DNA of 63,640 nt, filler included, from Globobulimina sp. (GCA_003354225.1; 52 parts of 52 records of this genome joined end to end with filler, not necessarily neighbours in it), one strand, 5' to 3'; positions 34,730-48,632 are shown, counted from the first letter of the whole stretch. Notes: a model not told the origin generated them from the letters alone. Translations and numbers: made by a program.

Positions 34730-36789
34730 TAAATTGTTTAATTTAAATCTTATGTACATTAATATTTTAAAGACACTGATTGCAAATTCAAAAAGATTTA
34801 GTTGTTTAAATTGCACGTTTCTCCGTGATCGAATTATAAAAAACGTTTTTCAAGAAAGTGCTAATAGTGAATCGATGCTATATTTGTCAGATCTCTCCAC
34901 ATTTTGCCTTTGTTTTGAGCATAAAATGTTTGTATTGTATCGTCATATAATCGCATTTAATTTCTTCAAATATCGAAAACCACATATCCACATTCTATCG
35001 GTGTACAAAATAGCGATGAATCCAGTCCAATAAATATATTGTATTTATTATAAAACCAATCATAGTGATGCAATATCCATAAGCAATTCCCGTATGTTTA
35101 GAGAGATTCAGGAAACTACCAAAAATAAGAAAGTATTGTGTATTTTAGTACTAGTATTTAGCTGTTTGAATGTATTCATAAATTTAAATATACACAAAAT
35201 GTCCTAAAACTACAAAACTATTTGAATACTCGTCAGTAGGTTGACTTATCGGGAATCAGTGGACATTAATTTAAAGGTTCTAAAAATGGAATAAATGTAG
35301 GAGATAAACTAAGCGCAACTGATGGAATCACTGATGGTTCATAAGAAGGTGTAATGGTTGGTGATAATGATGGAGAGATTGATGGTGAAATTGATGGAGG
35401 TAGGACCAGATGTGTTTGGTGTATATGAAGGAGATTGTGTTGGATCAATGGTAATAACTGTTGNNNNNNNNNNNNNNNNNNNNNNNNNNNNNNNNNNNNN
35501 NNNNNNNTTAATTAATTAANNNNNNNNNNNNNNNNNNNNNNNNNNNNNNNNNNNNNNNNNNNNATGTGGTTAGATCTAGAGAGTCAACGCGCGTTAGTTG
35601 TCAAGTGCAAGGATTATATATGAATTGAAATAAAGTCAAATATTATATACAAATTGTCCAACACAAACAGAACACACCACTGACACCACAACGATAAAAA
35701 ACACCATTACTGTAGTCCTAGTCCAATAGCATTCATTTCTGCGTAGAATAGAATTTAAATAATATTGTTTTTATAATCAAATAGAATATAGATATTTAAA
35801 TGTATTGATCAGATTCGCCTTTGTATGTCAACATATCACGCAACAGAAAAATAACAGCAACACCAAATATAAAATAATGTATGATAACAATCCAATTTTA
35901 TTTGAAGAGATTTCATTTAATATTTTCAAAAGGGTTTAATAGTAACGGAGAGAGATAAAATAATAAAATAGATCCATACAAAATATATATTTGATGTTAT
36001 CGCTGCATATTTCCCTCCCTTTTGAATCAATGCATTGCATTAAGTTTACTAAAGATAATATTGTTCATCACAATAATGTCAATATAATAATCCATATTCT
36101 ATTTACCTTCTTACTGCTTACAACTATATATAAATCAAAACAAATCTTTATATATTTTATAAGAGTATACACCAAAATAACATTAAAATAAAATGTTAAA
36201 TCAGACTTTTTCTAAGCTCATCAGAGATTTATTTTAAATCAGTTGGAAAGTTCTGGCTAAAGAATATATTTTTTTTTTGATCATCACAATAGAAATATAA
36301 ATAAATAATAGACAAATCTTACATTGATATTTATAAATAATTTCCAGAAATTTCTGATTGGAATCGCCAATTAATATAATTATTATAATCTATGTAATCA
36401 GCAAAAACAAACAGGAATTTTAATGTTAACTTTCACAAAAATAGCAAAATAATTGCAAAATGAAATTAATTTATCTCAGAAATTCTATGATTTGAAACAT
36501 CATATTTGTTGAGTTTTGATTCGATGTCTATATTTTTGGAACAATCAGAGTGAGCTGGGAGCTCTAAAAAGATTTCATCACTAAAATGCAAAAGTAAATA
36601 AACATAGAATAACCACATACAGATACTAGCTGTGTATCAATTAAATTATTCCTATCTCATTGCCGTAATGACATCGCTATCTATTTATTNNNNNNNNNNN
36701 NNNNNNNNNNNNNNNNNNNNNNNNNNNNNNNNNTTAATTAATTAANNNNNNNNNNNNNNNNNNNNNNNNNNNNNNNNNNNNNNNNNNNN

Positions 36790-37375
36790 CACAAAAACAT
36801 TTAATACAAAATACAAACAATGCACACATAAATAACATAATCATCATTCCAACAATTATACCATGCCATGTTGGAGTATTATTTGATAAATAATAATGAT
36901 TAATATTTTCATCATCAACAGAAGAAATAACTACTTTAAATTCATTATCATTCAATTTTAATATTTTATTTTCATTGTTTACCACTAAATTTAAATGAAA
37001 TGTAATTTGTTCAATAATATCGCCATGAATAGATTCACTTTGATATTGGAATTGCAATCTGATATTTTGATTGCGTTCAATAAATGTTGTTCTTGGTGCA
37101 ATAATTTCAATCGATGACGAATGTGATAAATTTAAGAATGATTTGAAGCTGACACCATTGATACTGTATTGAAATGAAGAGATTCCATCCATGCTGGAAT
37201 CAAAAATAATATTCATATCACAATTCAATATATCTTGATCCCATAAAATGACTGACATTTCATCATATAAACCAATCAAATGGTCACTGATTTCATTTGT
37301 TTGTATTGTGACTTTTTTTGATCGAATTTGTTGCAAAAAACATGCAATCAGTATCAGTATCGGTATCATGGGCAT
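36790..37375 (-). CDS. Type I membrane protein, 3' partial
   Basis: Signal peptide and a C-terminal TM segment. Confidence 0.65.
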
Positions 37376-37478
37376 TTTAAAGAGAAAGTAAGTTGGATGG
37401 AAGTAGTGAAAAAACTTAGTCTGGATGCTCGAGCATCATACTCGCTGGAAACAAAAAGAAACGTAGTTTTTGAAATCG

Positions 37479-37915
37479 CTAAAGTTTCGAAGCACCTTTG
37501 ATAATATCTCTGACTCTTTCATATGGACGAAAGTATGCATCTTGGTCACGTTTTGCATGTTTGTGCCATGCAATTTCAAATGCATCAACAATATCAGAAT
37601 CCAACACTTGTGCATTTCGCATCAATTTTAAATTTGAAATTACTTGATACAATTTTGAACATCCAAATATAAGGCCATCACCTTTGTTTGCATCAATTTT
37701 AGAATGAAATAACAACCAACTATATGTCGCTTCAATCATTGACATTTGCTTCATTTTAGGATTTGAACTGTTATTAAGTGCATTTTTGATAACACCCACA
37801 CCATCAAAATACGTTTCTTTCCAATAATCATAAAAATGTAACTTCTTTTTCTGTCCTTTAAATGTAAATTTACCACTTTTCAATGTATTATTTTCTAAAT
37901 CTTTATATTTATGTT
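37479..37915 (-). CDS. Aldo-keto reductase (AKR7/aflatoxin aldehyde reductase-like), C-terminal part
   Basis: YWKETYFD, EATYSWLLFHS, KGDGLIFGCS, IVDAFEIAW, YFR. Confidence 0.85.
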
Positions 37916-39240
37916 NNNNNNNNNNNNNNNNNNNNNNNNNNNNNNNNNNNNNNNNNNNNTTAATTAATTAANNNNNNNNNNNNNNNNNNNNNNNNNNNNN
38001 NNNNNNNNNNNNNNNTGGTTTTTTTTGTGATCGTATTGTATGATTTTGTATGGTTTTGTATGATCCATTATCTCGGACGAGATCCTTCAAAAAAAAAAAT
38101 CATACATTATGATCATTTGTATGATTCTTCCTCTTATAGGAGTTACCACTGTATTCATTTAATCCAATGGTTATTCATCAAATACATTCGAGAGTTATTA
38201 TATTTTGTCCATATCATTGATAGAATTTGGTTTGAATAATAAATTTATGTTGCATCATCATATAATGCAGCTTTATATATATTAATGGCTATTTTTAATT
38301 ATTTGAATCACCAATTTCTATCGTTTAATATATAAATCCGATAGCATAAATAATATTATTTTTATTAATTTTATTTAATATATATATATATATTCATATT
38401 ATTTCTCTCTCTCTTCCAGCGGTATTGCTCGTGCGTTTATGGTATTATTTTGTGTTTATTTTGCTTGTTTAGTGTTTACTTTTTATTGTAACAATACGTG
38501 ATATTTCTGTAAAACTCAGAAAATATCCGTTATGTTGTTACGTTTTAAAGTTATTTAAAAAATTAAGTGTTTGTGAAAAAAAAATATAAAATATTTAGTT
38601 ATCAACCAATAATATATTGTGCTGAATGTGCTGCCACAGTTATAAGGATTTCCAGGTCCTTACATAGGGTTTCCAGGCCCTTTTATGTCGACAGTTAGCA
38701 ACAAAATATTATGGGATCAACAGCTTCATACGTTAACCTGACCAAAGTTATCCGTGTGTTGTTAAGAAATAAATTATTATTACATACAAATCAAATAAAA
38801 ATTAAGTAAACTTTGTGCCGTTACCCGGCTTGTAAAACAAAGTTAGATTTTTCTTACATAGACACAAGTACGAGGCAATGTTCTCGCTGTCGTTTATTAA
38901 GCAATGACTATTATTACATACATTTAATTTTATTAAGATTGAGTTGATTGGTCAGCAAAGTCCGAATAGAATTTTCTTGATAATTCTAATAAAACTTTAA
39001 TAATAAATTATTATATTTGCTGATTAATTTTTATGTAAAAACGTTTTTCTTTCTTTGAGTGTTGTTGTATTGATACCATACATAATTCCATTGATGTATG
39101 TAATATCTATTTCACTCTTTTCTGTTTTGAAAAAATGTTTNNNNNNNNNNNNNNNNNNNNNNNNNNNNNNNNNNNNNNNNNNNNTTAATTAATTAANNNN
39201 NNNNNNNNNNNNNNNNNNNNNNNNNNNNNNNNNNNNNNNN

Positions 39241-40365
39241 CCATTTTGTTGTATGTATTGCATGACTCAACCAATGGTTGATACGTCCGATACGACGCTG
39301 TCTGTTTAGTCAATATATTTGCAATTAATTTGCTGCTTTTTATGTCGCCGCCACTCGTCATATTCGATTCTAATACATTGTAAGACTTATTATTGACGGA
39401 CAATAACACGGATAAAAAATCGATTAATTTGCAACAAATACTGAGGTCTTCGTCGCTGCTCCCATCCGGATCGTGATATTTGACGAGCGATTTATAAACA
39501 ATCTGACCAATGTCGTACTTGATGAGATAGGAAGAGATATTATTTTGGATGCTGACAATGTTGGTCATGAAGGAAAGAACAACCACTAATAACACCTTTT
39601 TCTGCTGTTTGTTGTATGAGTCATTCATAGCGGATATAAAGATGTGATATTCCAACGTTTTGGTGATGGTTTTGATGGCATGTTTGGCGATTTTGAGTGC
39701 GATTTCTGGCGTTTTGCACAGTGCGTTGATGGACTCCAAAATGCAGATAAACATTGAGATTCTGTTCAAATACGGATTCCGCTGCAACTCGTTTTCTTTC
39801 TTATCCTCGTCGTCCTCGTCATTGTCGGTGTGCGCGATTATCAATTTGATTAAAGAGGAAGTTACATGCGATTGGTTGGCAATGTTTGCATTGCTTTCGT
39901 TGGGCGAGGAATTGCATAAATTGGTGATGATTTGACAGCAATTTTTAATGATTAAGACCTTGGATTCCACATTTTCTTTTTTATTGAGGTACCAATTCTT
40001 CATTACATGCACGATGAATTTAAATATATTCACGCCTTTGGACAAGGACACAAAATAATTATTATATTCATTTGAAATGTTGACGATCAATAAAATGAAC
40101 TCAAACACCAGAAACACGATCGTTTCTTTGTACTGCGACAATTTCATCGTCTCCAAAATGTGCATAATGGCATTGTTGGCAGACTGATTGTTATTATTTA
40201 AAATCAATTGGATGTTATTTGCAGGGTTATGCTGAATGATCGCAGTGATAATCTTAATCATAAACTGATGGATTTGCGGCGATTTTTCGTACTTATTGCT
40301 AAACTCCAACACAATGCGAATAATCCACGACATGACATCGACGGACAATTTATTGCAATTCCTGC
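39241..40365 (-). CDS. Armadillo/HEAT-repeat protein, internal fragment
   Basis: Long open frame of amphipathic helical repeats. Confidence 0.65.
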
Positions 40366-40465
40366 NNNNNNNNNNNNNNNNNNNNNNNNNNNNNNNNNNN
40401 NNNNNNNNNTTAATTAATTAANNNNNNNNNNNNNNNNNNNNNNNNNNNNNNNNNNNNNNNNNNNN

Positions 40466-41128
40466 GTTGAAAGAAAGGAAGAAATGAAATCCGCAGCAAC
40501 ACAGAAATGGGATTGTGAGATTTGTACATTTTGCAATGATAATAATAATAAAATCTGTTTAATGTGTAACGAGGGAAGAAAACCAAAAGAAAAAGAGAGA
40601 AATAATGTAAATATTTGGTTAAAACAGGTGGTAAAATTAGGAGAATATTGTGAGTTATTTGAAGAGAATGGTTTTGATAATATGCTATTTATTGCCTCGA
40701 TGACTGAGAAACATTTAAAAGAGATTGGCATTAAAAAAGGCGGCCATCGAATGAAAATTATGTTTTTTATAAATGAAATGAGAAATAAATCAAATTTAAA
40801 AGATGCCAATATCTCAAATATCAAAGAGAGAAAGAAAAATGTGGTCAAAGAGTGGTTAACAACGACAGTCGAACTCGGACAATATTTTAATAATTTTATC
40901 GAGGATGGCTATGAGGATATGCTTACAATTACAAATACTGTCAATGAGCAGGATTTAATTGATATGGACATAAAGAAAAAAGGACATCGCAAAAAAATTC
41001 TTCTTTTCATTCAAAAATATAAAAATGAAAATGAGCAGGCAAATGTTGGTGCAATTCATCAATATTCACAAATTGAAGGAGGTGTTCATGCCATTGTTGC
41101 TCCAAATCTTCAAGATACTGCTAAATAA
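40466..41128 (+). CDS. RanBP2-type zinc finger plus two SAM domains, 5' partial
   Basis: WDCEICTFCN...CLMC; WL..V.L.EY...F.E.G.D...L..IGIKKGGHR twice. Confidence 0.9.
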   Translation, partial: VERKEEMKSAATQKWDCEICTFCNDNNNKICLMCNEGRKPKEKERNNVNIWLKQVVKLGEYCELFEENGFDNMLFIASMTEKHLKEIGIKKGGHRMKIMFFINEMRNKSNLKDANISNIKERKKNVVKEWLTTTVELGQYFNNFIEDGYEDMLTITNTVNEQDLIDMDIKKKGHRKKILLFIQKYKNENEQANVGAIHQYSQIEGGVHAIVAPNLQDTAK

Positions 41129-42102
41129 TAACTTTTGTTTTTGTTTTGTTGTCAAATAATTGATTATAGATCTTTGTTTTTTTAATGGTCAGATATATTT
41201 GGACCGCGTTTCTGTGAAAACCTTTCAAGTAATAGTTTAACCCCATAAGGCTCCTAATAACGAGTAATTAAAACCTGTCTAAATCAAGGTAAGAGTAACA
41301 TGAATGAATGCAGACATGACGTTTTAATGCAGGTATTCTCCTATCCAGATAACAAAAATGCTATCTGTGAAGGATTTGAAATCTCTAATTGTATATTATC
41401 GTTTTGTGAAGCTATTTGTTTAATGTTTATATCAATGGTAAATGTCAATGATTTTATTTTTGATGGCAAACTCTTTAACGGGATCCATTTTTCCTTTCAT
41501 GCACTATAATGTTTCGCAGAAAATTAATTTTTAAAAAATTGTTTATATTCACAAACATCACAGTGATTGAATTCAGATTGCATTACATAANNNNNNNNNN
41601 NNNNNNNNNNNNNNNNNNNNNNNNNNNNNNNNNNTTAATTAATTAANNNNNNNNNNNNNNNNNNNNNNNNNNNNNNNNNNNNNNNNNNNNTTGATATGTC
41701 GAGATGAAGAGACTTATATTTCGATGATTTGGGCTTCGTACCACTTATTGTATTCGTCACAACGATCTATCCATTCGTGTAAATATATGGAGTCTAACTC
41801 TGTATTATGACTATTATCATTCTTATTGTTTGGTTGGTTCTTACTTTCATCTTCTAAATTCATATTAATATGATTTAACCGTCTTCTTTTGGATGGAAGG
41901 TGTCCGGAGACAAAATTCTTCAGATTGGAAACGGTTAATTATTGCTAATAAATCAACGCGAAGCACGTGTTGATGTTAAATAAAATGGTGAAACAAAGCA
42001 AAAACTTACTTTAACATCAAAGACATTTCACTGCTTCAGAAACGAAACCTATTGCAAAACAACGTCGTGTCACTGTTTGTGACGAATACTATGTATAATT
42101 AA

Positions 42103-42515
42103 TTATAACAATTTAAAATGTACAACAAACATTGGATATGCTCTCGCATCGTCATGAATTACAAATATCGATGGATTATTGGTATTATCAACCAATGAAT
42201 CATAAATTAATCCAGATCCATTCGATTTTTTAGGCCAAGTAGTTAATTCATATTTCCCTTTTCCAAGACAACTTTCACCACAAATTACTTTACATTGAAA
42301 CATTTTATAAATTCCGTTACTTTGCGCTGAATAATCAACAGAATAACTTGCTTTTCTCGCAAAATATGTCCCCTTTCCATAAGCTGCTTTGCTATTAAAT
42401 TCTTTTCTAAATCCCTTCCTTTGCACCAATTGCATAACATCACCTCTTCCGGTACCATGAAACAAGTCTCGTTCATTTACATATTCATCACCAATTAATT
42501 TGGATAATATAACAT
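42103..42515 (-). CDS. PARP catalytic domain (mono-ADP-ribosyltransferase type), C-terminal part
   Basis: ERDLFHGT, YGKGTYFARKASYS, YDSLVD...PSIFVI...AYP; catalytic Glu position is Ile. Confidence 0.9.
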
Positions 42516-42954
42516 CTGATTTTCAACAGAGTCAATTTTAATTACTTTGTATCCTTTCTGCTTCGCCGTTTTTTCAAATGAATCCTTGACCTGTTTCGCA
42601 GGATACGTTCACAAATCTAATTGAATGTTGGATCAAAACTGCTTGATGATGTTCCGCTGCACTTTCTGAATTCGGCTGCACTTTTTCATTGTCGCAGTCG
42701 CAGCAGGCGGGTGTGGCGGGCATGATGTTAACATCTTGTACTAACTCTGATTCTTTCTCTTCCCTGTTGGCGGGAGCCGGAGGCTGATAAGCGCTAACAT
42801 AGGCATCTAATTTTGNNNNNNNNNNNNNNNNNNNNNNNNNNNNNNNNNNNNNNNNNNNNTTAATTAATTAANNNNNNNNNNNNNNNNNNNNNNNNNNNNN
42901 NNNNNNNNNNNNNNNTTAATTAAATAATTAAAAATGATTGATCTTCTCTATAAA

Positions 42955-42989
42955 CCCTTGAGAATATACTTCGTATATCTTCTCAAGGG
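42955..42989. repeat. Short hairpin CCCTTGAGAA...TTCTCAAGGG
   Basis: Directly visible inverted repeat. Confidence 0.6.
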
Positions 42990-43180
42990 GATAATTTTAA
43001 TTAATAACTTAAACTTCCATCATCTTGGTAGATGAATTTCATTTTAATTCAAAAAAATTGTACAAAGTTGCAATTGAATATATTACAAATTACTCATAAA
43101 TTACTCACAAATGATAAAGTTACAAAAAGTTGAAAATCTTTAATTAAAAGTAAATACAAAAATTTAATTCCAACTTCCAA

Positions 43181-44040
43181 TCAATCAGAAATATTATCCG
43201 TGCTATCATAGGATGAATAAGGGTTAAAATTATATTTTTCTTTTATAAATTTGTGCTTTTGCATTATTTTTAATAATTGACGTGTTTGGAATATATCCAT
43301 AACATACTGTGTATCGGTTAATATTGAATAAAAATATGCAGCAACAGTAGAAATAAAAAGACATAAAACAGCCATCCATTTCCAACCAACTAGCTCCGAT
43401 AATTCATATGCAATAATTGAATAAAAGACCGATATTAAAAATATTAACAACTCCAAAACACAAAAAACAAACCCCGCATTATAGCCAGATACAGATAGTA
43501 AATATACATAACAAAAGACATGCAACGGGTACGATATACATACTCCATATAAAATAAATAAAATATCAAACAAAAACAACACACTCGCGGCTGTACCGGG
43601 ATGCACATAATATTCAATCAGCCATACAACCACACATAACATAAATGATATCACCACACATAATTTCATTAAAACGGAGCTACATTTATATTGCCCATAT
43701 ACTGATTGTTCTGAATAATATCTATAAAATAATGCCAATATCAATGCAAATATCATCCCAATCTGCACCATTAATGCTATGGCTTCGATCGATGACAAAT
43801 CATACTTTGAATGGTAGTGATAATACACAGACGGCAGTAATTCCGCCAACATATCGGCTGAATATACATTTAAACAATTCATTAATGATAAAAAACACAT
43901 GGATATAATAAGCAATCCATATATCTTCAAAAATGTCTCACTTTGCATTAGTTTGGCTTTGTTTGCAATGAATGCATCCATTTCCACTCTTAACTGTCTG
44001 TTTTGTAATTGATCATAAAATATATCCTCATCCTTTTCTT
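43181..44040 (-). CDS. MFS-like multi-pass membrane protein, C-terminal half
   Basis: About six TM segments after a hydrophilic loop. Confidence 0.55.
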
Positions 44041-44316
44041 NNNNNNNNNNNNNNNNNNNNNNNNNNNNNNNNNNNNNNNNNNNNTTAATTAATTAANNNN
44101 NNNNNNNNNNNNNNNNNNNNNNNNNNNNNNNNNNNNNNNNTGGGAATCCATATTTCCCTATGAAAGAAGCTCGCGGTTTGCTGGGAAAAGCGGCGGATTT
44201 GAGCAAAAATCCTCGGCTCTACATTTGTTAACTTTTATCTTTTGGAATATATCGTTGAATCATGTTGTAAAAGATTGAAAAGAAAGTCAAACATTCAAAA
44301 TACAATATAAATGAGT

Positions 44317-45072
44317 CTAAAAATCATCAAAATCAGTGGTTGATTCATTATTATCCATTTGTTTGCTGCCTTTGGTATTCTTATTGTTATCCCATCCATC
44401 ATCATCATCAAATGACACATCATCATCCTCATTCTCATTCTCATTCTCGTTCTCATTTTCATTTTCATTTTCTTCATCATCATCATTACCATTATCATTA
44501 TCATAATGTTGTAATTTATTTTTGATGATAATAATATGATTTTTTTTAAATCCATACCTTTTCCAATCACCATCATCAAATTCACGCAATTGATGAATTG
44601 AAGAAATATAATCATCCTTTAAATTTTGTAAATATTTGGAAGTAATAAATGATGGCGTTCCTAAATTTTTAAATACTTTTTCTAGAAATTCTTGCGCTGA
44701 GTTTTTTTTTTCTGGTGGCGTTTTTTCCCCATTTTCCACTATTTTGTTGGTATTATATTTTTCTATGCAAATGCTATCGAAATTATTATTGTCATTGTCA
44801 TTATTATTATTATTTGCTTTATTGAATGAAGATAATTTTGAATATACACTGTGATATTTGAATGCAAATTTCTTTTGAAATCCAACAATTATCCCACCGC
44901 ATAGCACAATAAAACACAATAGAAATAATGTTGAATTTGAAGAGAAGGCCCAATTGTCATTGGTATTGATACTGACACCGCCCTTAAAACTGTTTGCGTC
45001 AATTTTCTGTGAAACGTCGACATTATTTGCTCTGTACTCATCTAATAATATCGAACGAATCTTTTCCGCCAT
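44317..45072 (-). CDS. Single-TM protein with SAM-like domain and EN-repeat acidic tail, last exon
   Basis: TM segment; KYLQNLKDDYISSIHQL...WKRYGFKKNHIIII; GARAAY codon repeat. Confidence 0.6.
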   Translation of the reverse strand: MAEKIRSILLDEYRANNVDVSQKIDANSFKGGVSINTNDNWAFSSNSTLFLLCFIVLCGGIIVGFQKKFAFKYHSVYSKLSSFNKANNNNNDNDNNNFDSICIEKYNTNKIVENGEKTPPEKKNSAQEFLEKVFKNLGTPSFITSKYLQNLKDDYISSIHQLREFDDGDWKRYGFKKNHIIIIKNKLQHYDNDNGNDDDEENENENENENENENEDDDVSFDDDDGWDNNKNTKGSKQMDNNESTTDFDDF

Positions 45073-45365
45073 TAATTTATCCTAAAATGTAGATATAAAC
45101 ATATTATTATTAATTACATAGAAAAATAGTACAAAACATTTAAATCAATAGAATTTGGAACAATGTTTAAAACACAAATTAATCCAAGCGTCAATATTGA
45201 ATTTTTATTATCATTTGAATCACATTCAATTCGTTGAAGATTAGTATTGATTGCTTTTGCTAATTNNNNNNNNNNNNNNNNNNNNNNNNNNNNNNNNNNN
45301 NNNNNNNNNTTAATTAATTAANNNNNNNNNNNNNNNNNNNNNNNNNNNNNNNNNNNNNNNNNNNN

Positions 45366-46490
45366 AGCCGATGGATTATCCCGTGGGAAAAGCAACGCAT
45401 TGGAGACTTGCGACATTGATTGGAAATTAAAATGCAAGAATCAAGAAGCAATATTTCACGCCAATGAAGGAATGAGGATATATAAAGAGGCCAGGAAACG
45501 AATGGCTAATTTAAAGGGAAAGCCTAAGAAATGTCAATGTAAAAGAAAACAAACATGTAAACAACAGAAAGTTTACCCAAAGTGGCAATCTTTTAATCAA
45601 TACAAATCTAAAAATAATCAATATGTTCCAAATAATATTTAAATTCTTTTTGCATAATTTACAGATACAAACAAAACGTTTCTGACAACAAACTACTTTC
45701 AGAAACACGAAACTTACATTTTACTTTTTTTACTTAAACAAAAAAAACTTACTAAGGTACCAAAGAATAAAGGGTTCCGACCCAAAAAGTTAACAAACGA
45801 ACAATTTAGAATGAGACGAGCCAGCAATTGGCAATTTCGACACGCAACAAAAACAAATGAGCAATATGGATCAGTGGAGAAATATTGGATAATATTCAAC
45901 AAATTGCATGAAAGAAGAATAGATGATTTCAGTGAACATAATATCATTGATTATATGATATGGAATAAAGAATGTAAAACATCATTTGGATGGACAGCGG
46001 TACATTCGCATCAGTTTGGAATTCGGGACTTGGCCCTGAAATATAACAAGAAAGTCAAGGTAGATAAGGCAGAGATGCCTAACTTGTACAACTATAAAAT
46101 TGCTGAAAAGAGGCAAAATCCAGGAAATGGAGGTTCGCAGCCGATCAATAAACAGATGATAAAGCAATGGACACAAACCATAAGAAACGATTTGACAATG
46201 GATAAAGTGACAAGATTGTCATGGATAGCACTCATAAATATGGCATTTACAGAGATTAAAAGGATCAGTGAGTATACGATAGACATCGACATACAAGAAA
46301 ATCTAACATATAATAGCCTGGAATTTGAATTTGATTTAAATACAAAAGAATGGAAGCAATCTTCATATATAATTTGGAAAAGAGAGAAGGGAAAAACGCA
46401 TCAATGTAATTTTAAAAATAAACAATTAAAATCAGCGATAATCTGCCAATGCAAAGGCAAGGAAAAGATTTGCACCAAATGTGCATTAAT
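45366..46490 (+). mobile_element. DIRS/Ngaro-like retroelement fragment: RNase H end followed by tyrosine recombinase (45811..>46490)
   Basis: ADGLSR at contig start; TNEQY...W..F, AFTEIKRISEYT (catalytic R), KGKTHQ (K), CQC...CTKCAL. Confidence 0.75.
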
Positions 46491-46590
46491 NNNNNNNNNN
46501 NNNNNNNNNNNNNNNNNNNNNNNNNNNNNNNNNNTTAATTAATTAANNNNNNNNNNNNNNNNNNNNNNNNNNNNNNNNNNNNNNNNNNNN

Positions 46591-47067
46591 TGGAATGAAA
46601 AATGGAATGCTCAGTTTAAAGGAACAGATATCACAATTAATGGTGACATTGTATCACATGCTAATAATGATAATTATTCATATCAGAATGTGTTTGGTGG
46701 CAATGTATGTAAACATTCATCATCATATCATTGGAAAATAAAGATATTGACTGGTTGTTCTTCTGTGATGGCTGGAATTATTGAAAAAGGAACAGAAACA
46801 TCAATGGGAAGCACTTATTTTGCATCGTCTCCAAATGGATATGCATTGCATGGGAATGATGGTTATATATATAATGGAGGTAAAGGTAAATCGTATACTT
46901 CTAAAATGAATGATGGTGATACAATCGATGTGTAATTATCATTTTCTGTGAATGGCAAAAGCTGTGGTGTGGCTTATCAGAATTTAAAACAAACAGAATA
47001 TAGATTTGGTGTCAGTTTGTACGGAGGAGGATATTCAGTAAAATTGTTATCGAGTGACATGAAATGA
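46591..47067 (+). pseudogene. SPRY/B30.2 domain with internal stop at 46933-46935
   Basis: YHWKIKI...GIIE...GDTIDV*LSFSVNGKSCGVAY...YRFGVSL; the usual YLDLD segment is missing at the stop. Confidence 0.75.
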
Positions 47068-47815
47068 TGAAAAGATATAAAATGCTGCGCCATATGGTTT
47101 GTTGTGTTGCCGTGTTGGACTGTTTGTAATTATATGTTTTTCTGTTGCCATGGTTTAACTTAAAAGTGTGTGCTTTTTAGCTCAAACAAATGTAGGACAT
47201 AAGTCCGATTCTGGACAGGCTTTCTTGTGAAAGGCAAGCATTGGCGAATCACAATATAAAATAACGGATAATATGTGTTCCAAAGACAGCACCGTTCCAC
47301 TGACATAACATATTGTATCATTTCGTTGCTTGTCTGTCTGTTTTTATTTGCTTTGTGATTCGATATTCGTTAATATATTCTTCTTTAATGGATGCATATT
47401 TTGCCTCTACAAATAACTCATTCCGTTTAGCATCAAATCCATCCCACGAATCATCCGAATTATTACCATCTGATTCTTCACGTTGATACATTTAACAATG
47501 TGTTTGGATTTTTGTTGCTGTTTTTTTATTTGCTCAAAGAATTGACCGCAAACTGCTTGTTTTTGTTCAATTTTATCCATTTTAACACGCAGACCACAGC
47601 ATATAAAGGCATTAAATGGCTGCGGTGATGATGAGCCAAATCCAATGGCTTCCAATACCTTATCACAGGTTGTTTTTTGCAGCGACTCACATTCACTCTC
47701 ATTCTCCTCATTATCNNNNNNNNNNNNNNNNNNNNNNNNNNNNNNNNNNNNNNNNNNNNTTAATTAATTAANNNNNNNNNNNNNNNNNNNNNNNNNNNNN
47801 NNNNNNNNNNNNNNN

Positions 47816-48415
47816 ATGGCCGCGATCGCGGCCGCGCCTTCCCCCACCGCGGTGGCCACCATGCCCAGGCTGAAGCTGGCTGCAAATAATTCGAGTGGAA
47901 AGCGGCAGGGTCTGATGAAGGTGCAAAGTGCAGAGATCTCATCGGATGCGAGCGATGATGACGAGCCGTTGGTGTTTGCTGCGCCAAAACAGATAAAAGT
48001 GATCGCAAAGCCAATTGTGAGAGCGCGGAAAGAGAAGGAAAGGAAAATCAAAGTAAAAGTAGAGGTCAATTTGGACCCTATCGATTTAAGCAATGGTAAG
48101 GTGATAAATGATGATAAACAGCAGCAAGAATTGAAGGATTTTTTGGACGATTTGACTGGGGATAAAGCAAAATCGCCAAAATCTGTAAAATCTGTAAATA
48201 GTGACGGCAACGCGGAGGAGTTGGATGGCGAAGAAGCGGCGGCGAGGAAAAGGAGAAAAGAGGAGAGGCGGAGACGGAAAAAAGAGAAGAAAGAGAGGAA
48301 AAAAAAGAAAAAAGAAAAAAAAAAGAAAAAGAGGAAGAGACAGAAAGAAAAAGATAATGAGTTGGTGGAATATGACAATGATAGCGATAGTGATGGCATT
48401 TTTGAAATTGATTGA
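47816..48415 (+). CDS. Lys/Glu/Arg-rich low-complexity protein C-terminus; first ~65 bp GC-rich and possibly foreign
   Basis: Open frame; abrupt composition shift near 47880. Confidence 0.55.
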   Translation: MAAIAAAPSPTAVATMPRLKLAANNSSGKRQGLMKVQSAEISSDASDDDEPLVFAAPKQIKVIAKPIVRARKEKERKIKVKVEVNLDPIDLSNGKVINDDKQQQELKDFLDDLTGDKAKSPKSVKSVNSDGNAEELDGEEAAARKRRKEERRRRKKEKKERKKKKKEKKKKKRKRQKEKDNELVEYDNDSDSDGIFEID

Positions 48416-48632
48416 ATTATTTTTAAATATTATATTGAATTTGACTTAATTTCACCTTTTATTTCAATTTTTATATTGCTAATGAATTCTTATTTGAACT
48501 TAGCGTTTTTACGTTTGTAGATTGTTATAATCTGATTTTTTTTCTCATTTTTTAATTACTGTTTAATTTGCTTTTTTAACTATTGTATTGAATGCATTTT
48601 TTTTATAAGTAAACTAATGAAAATGTTAACTG

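Noticed and set aside
35564..36689. Possible membrane-protein exons on the minus strand
   Set aside because: Multiple stops; no consistent gene model.
38646..38720. GFPGPYI-GFPGPF peptide resembling the Ham1/ITPase motif
   Set aside because: Short duplicated motif surrounded by stops with no other supporting exon.
46933..46935. TAA reassignment (ciliate-type code) in the eukaryote
   Set aside because: NTF2, chitobiase, ATG8 and PARP end at TAA/TAG at the expected positions and long ORFs are stop-free in the standard code.
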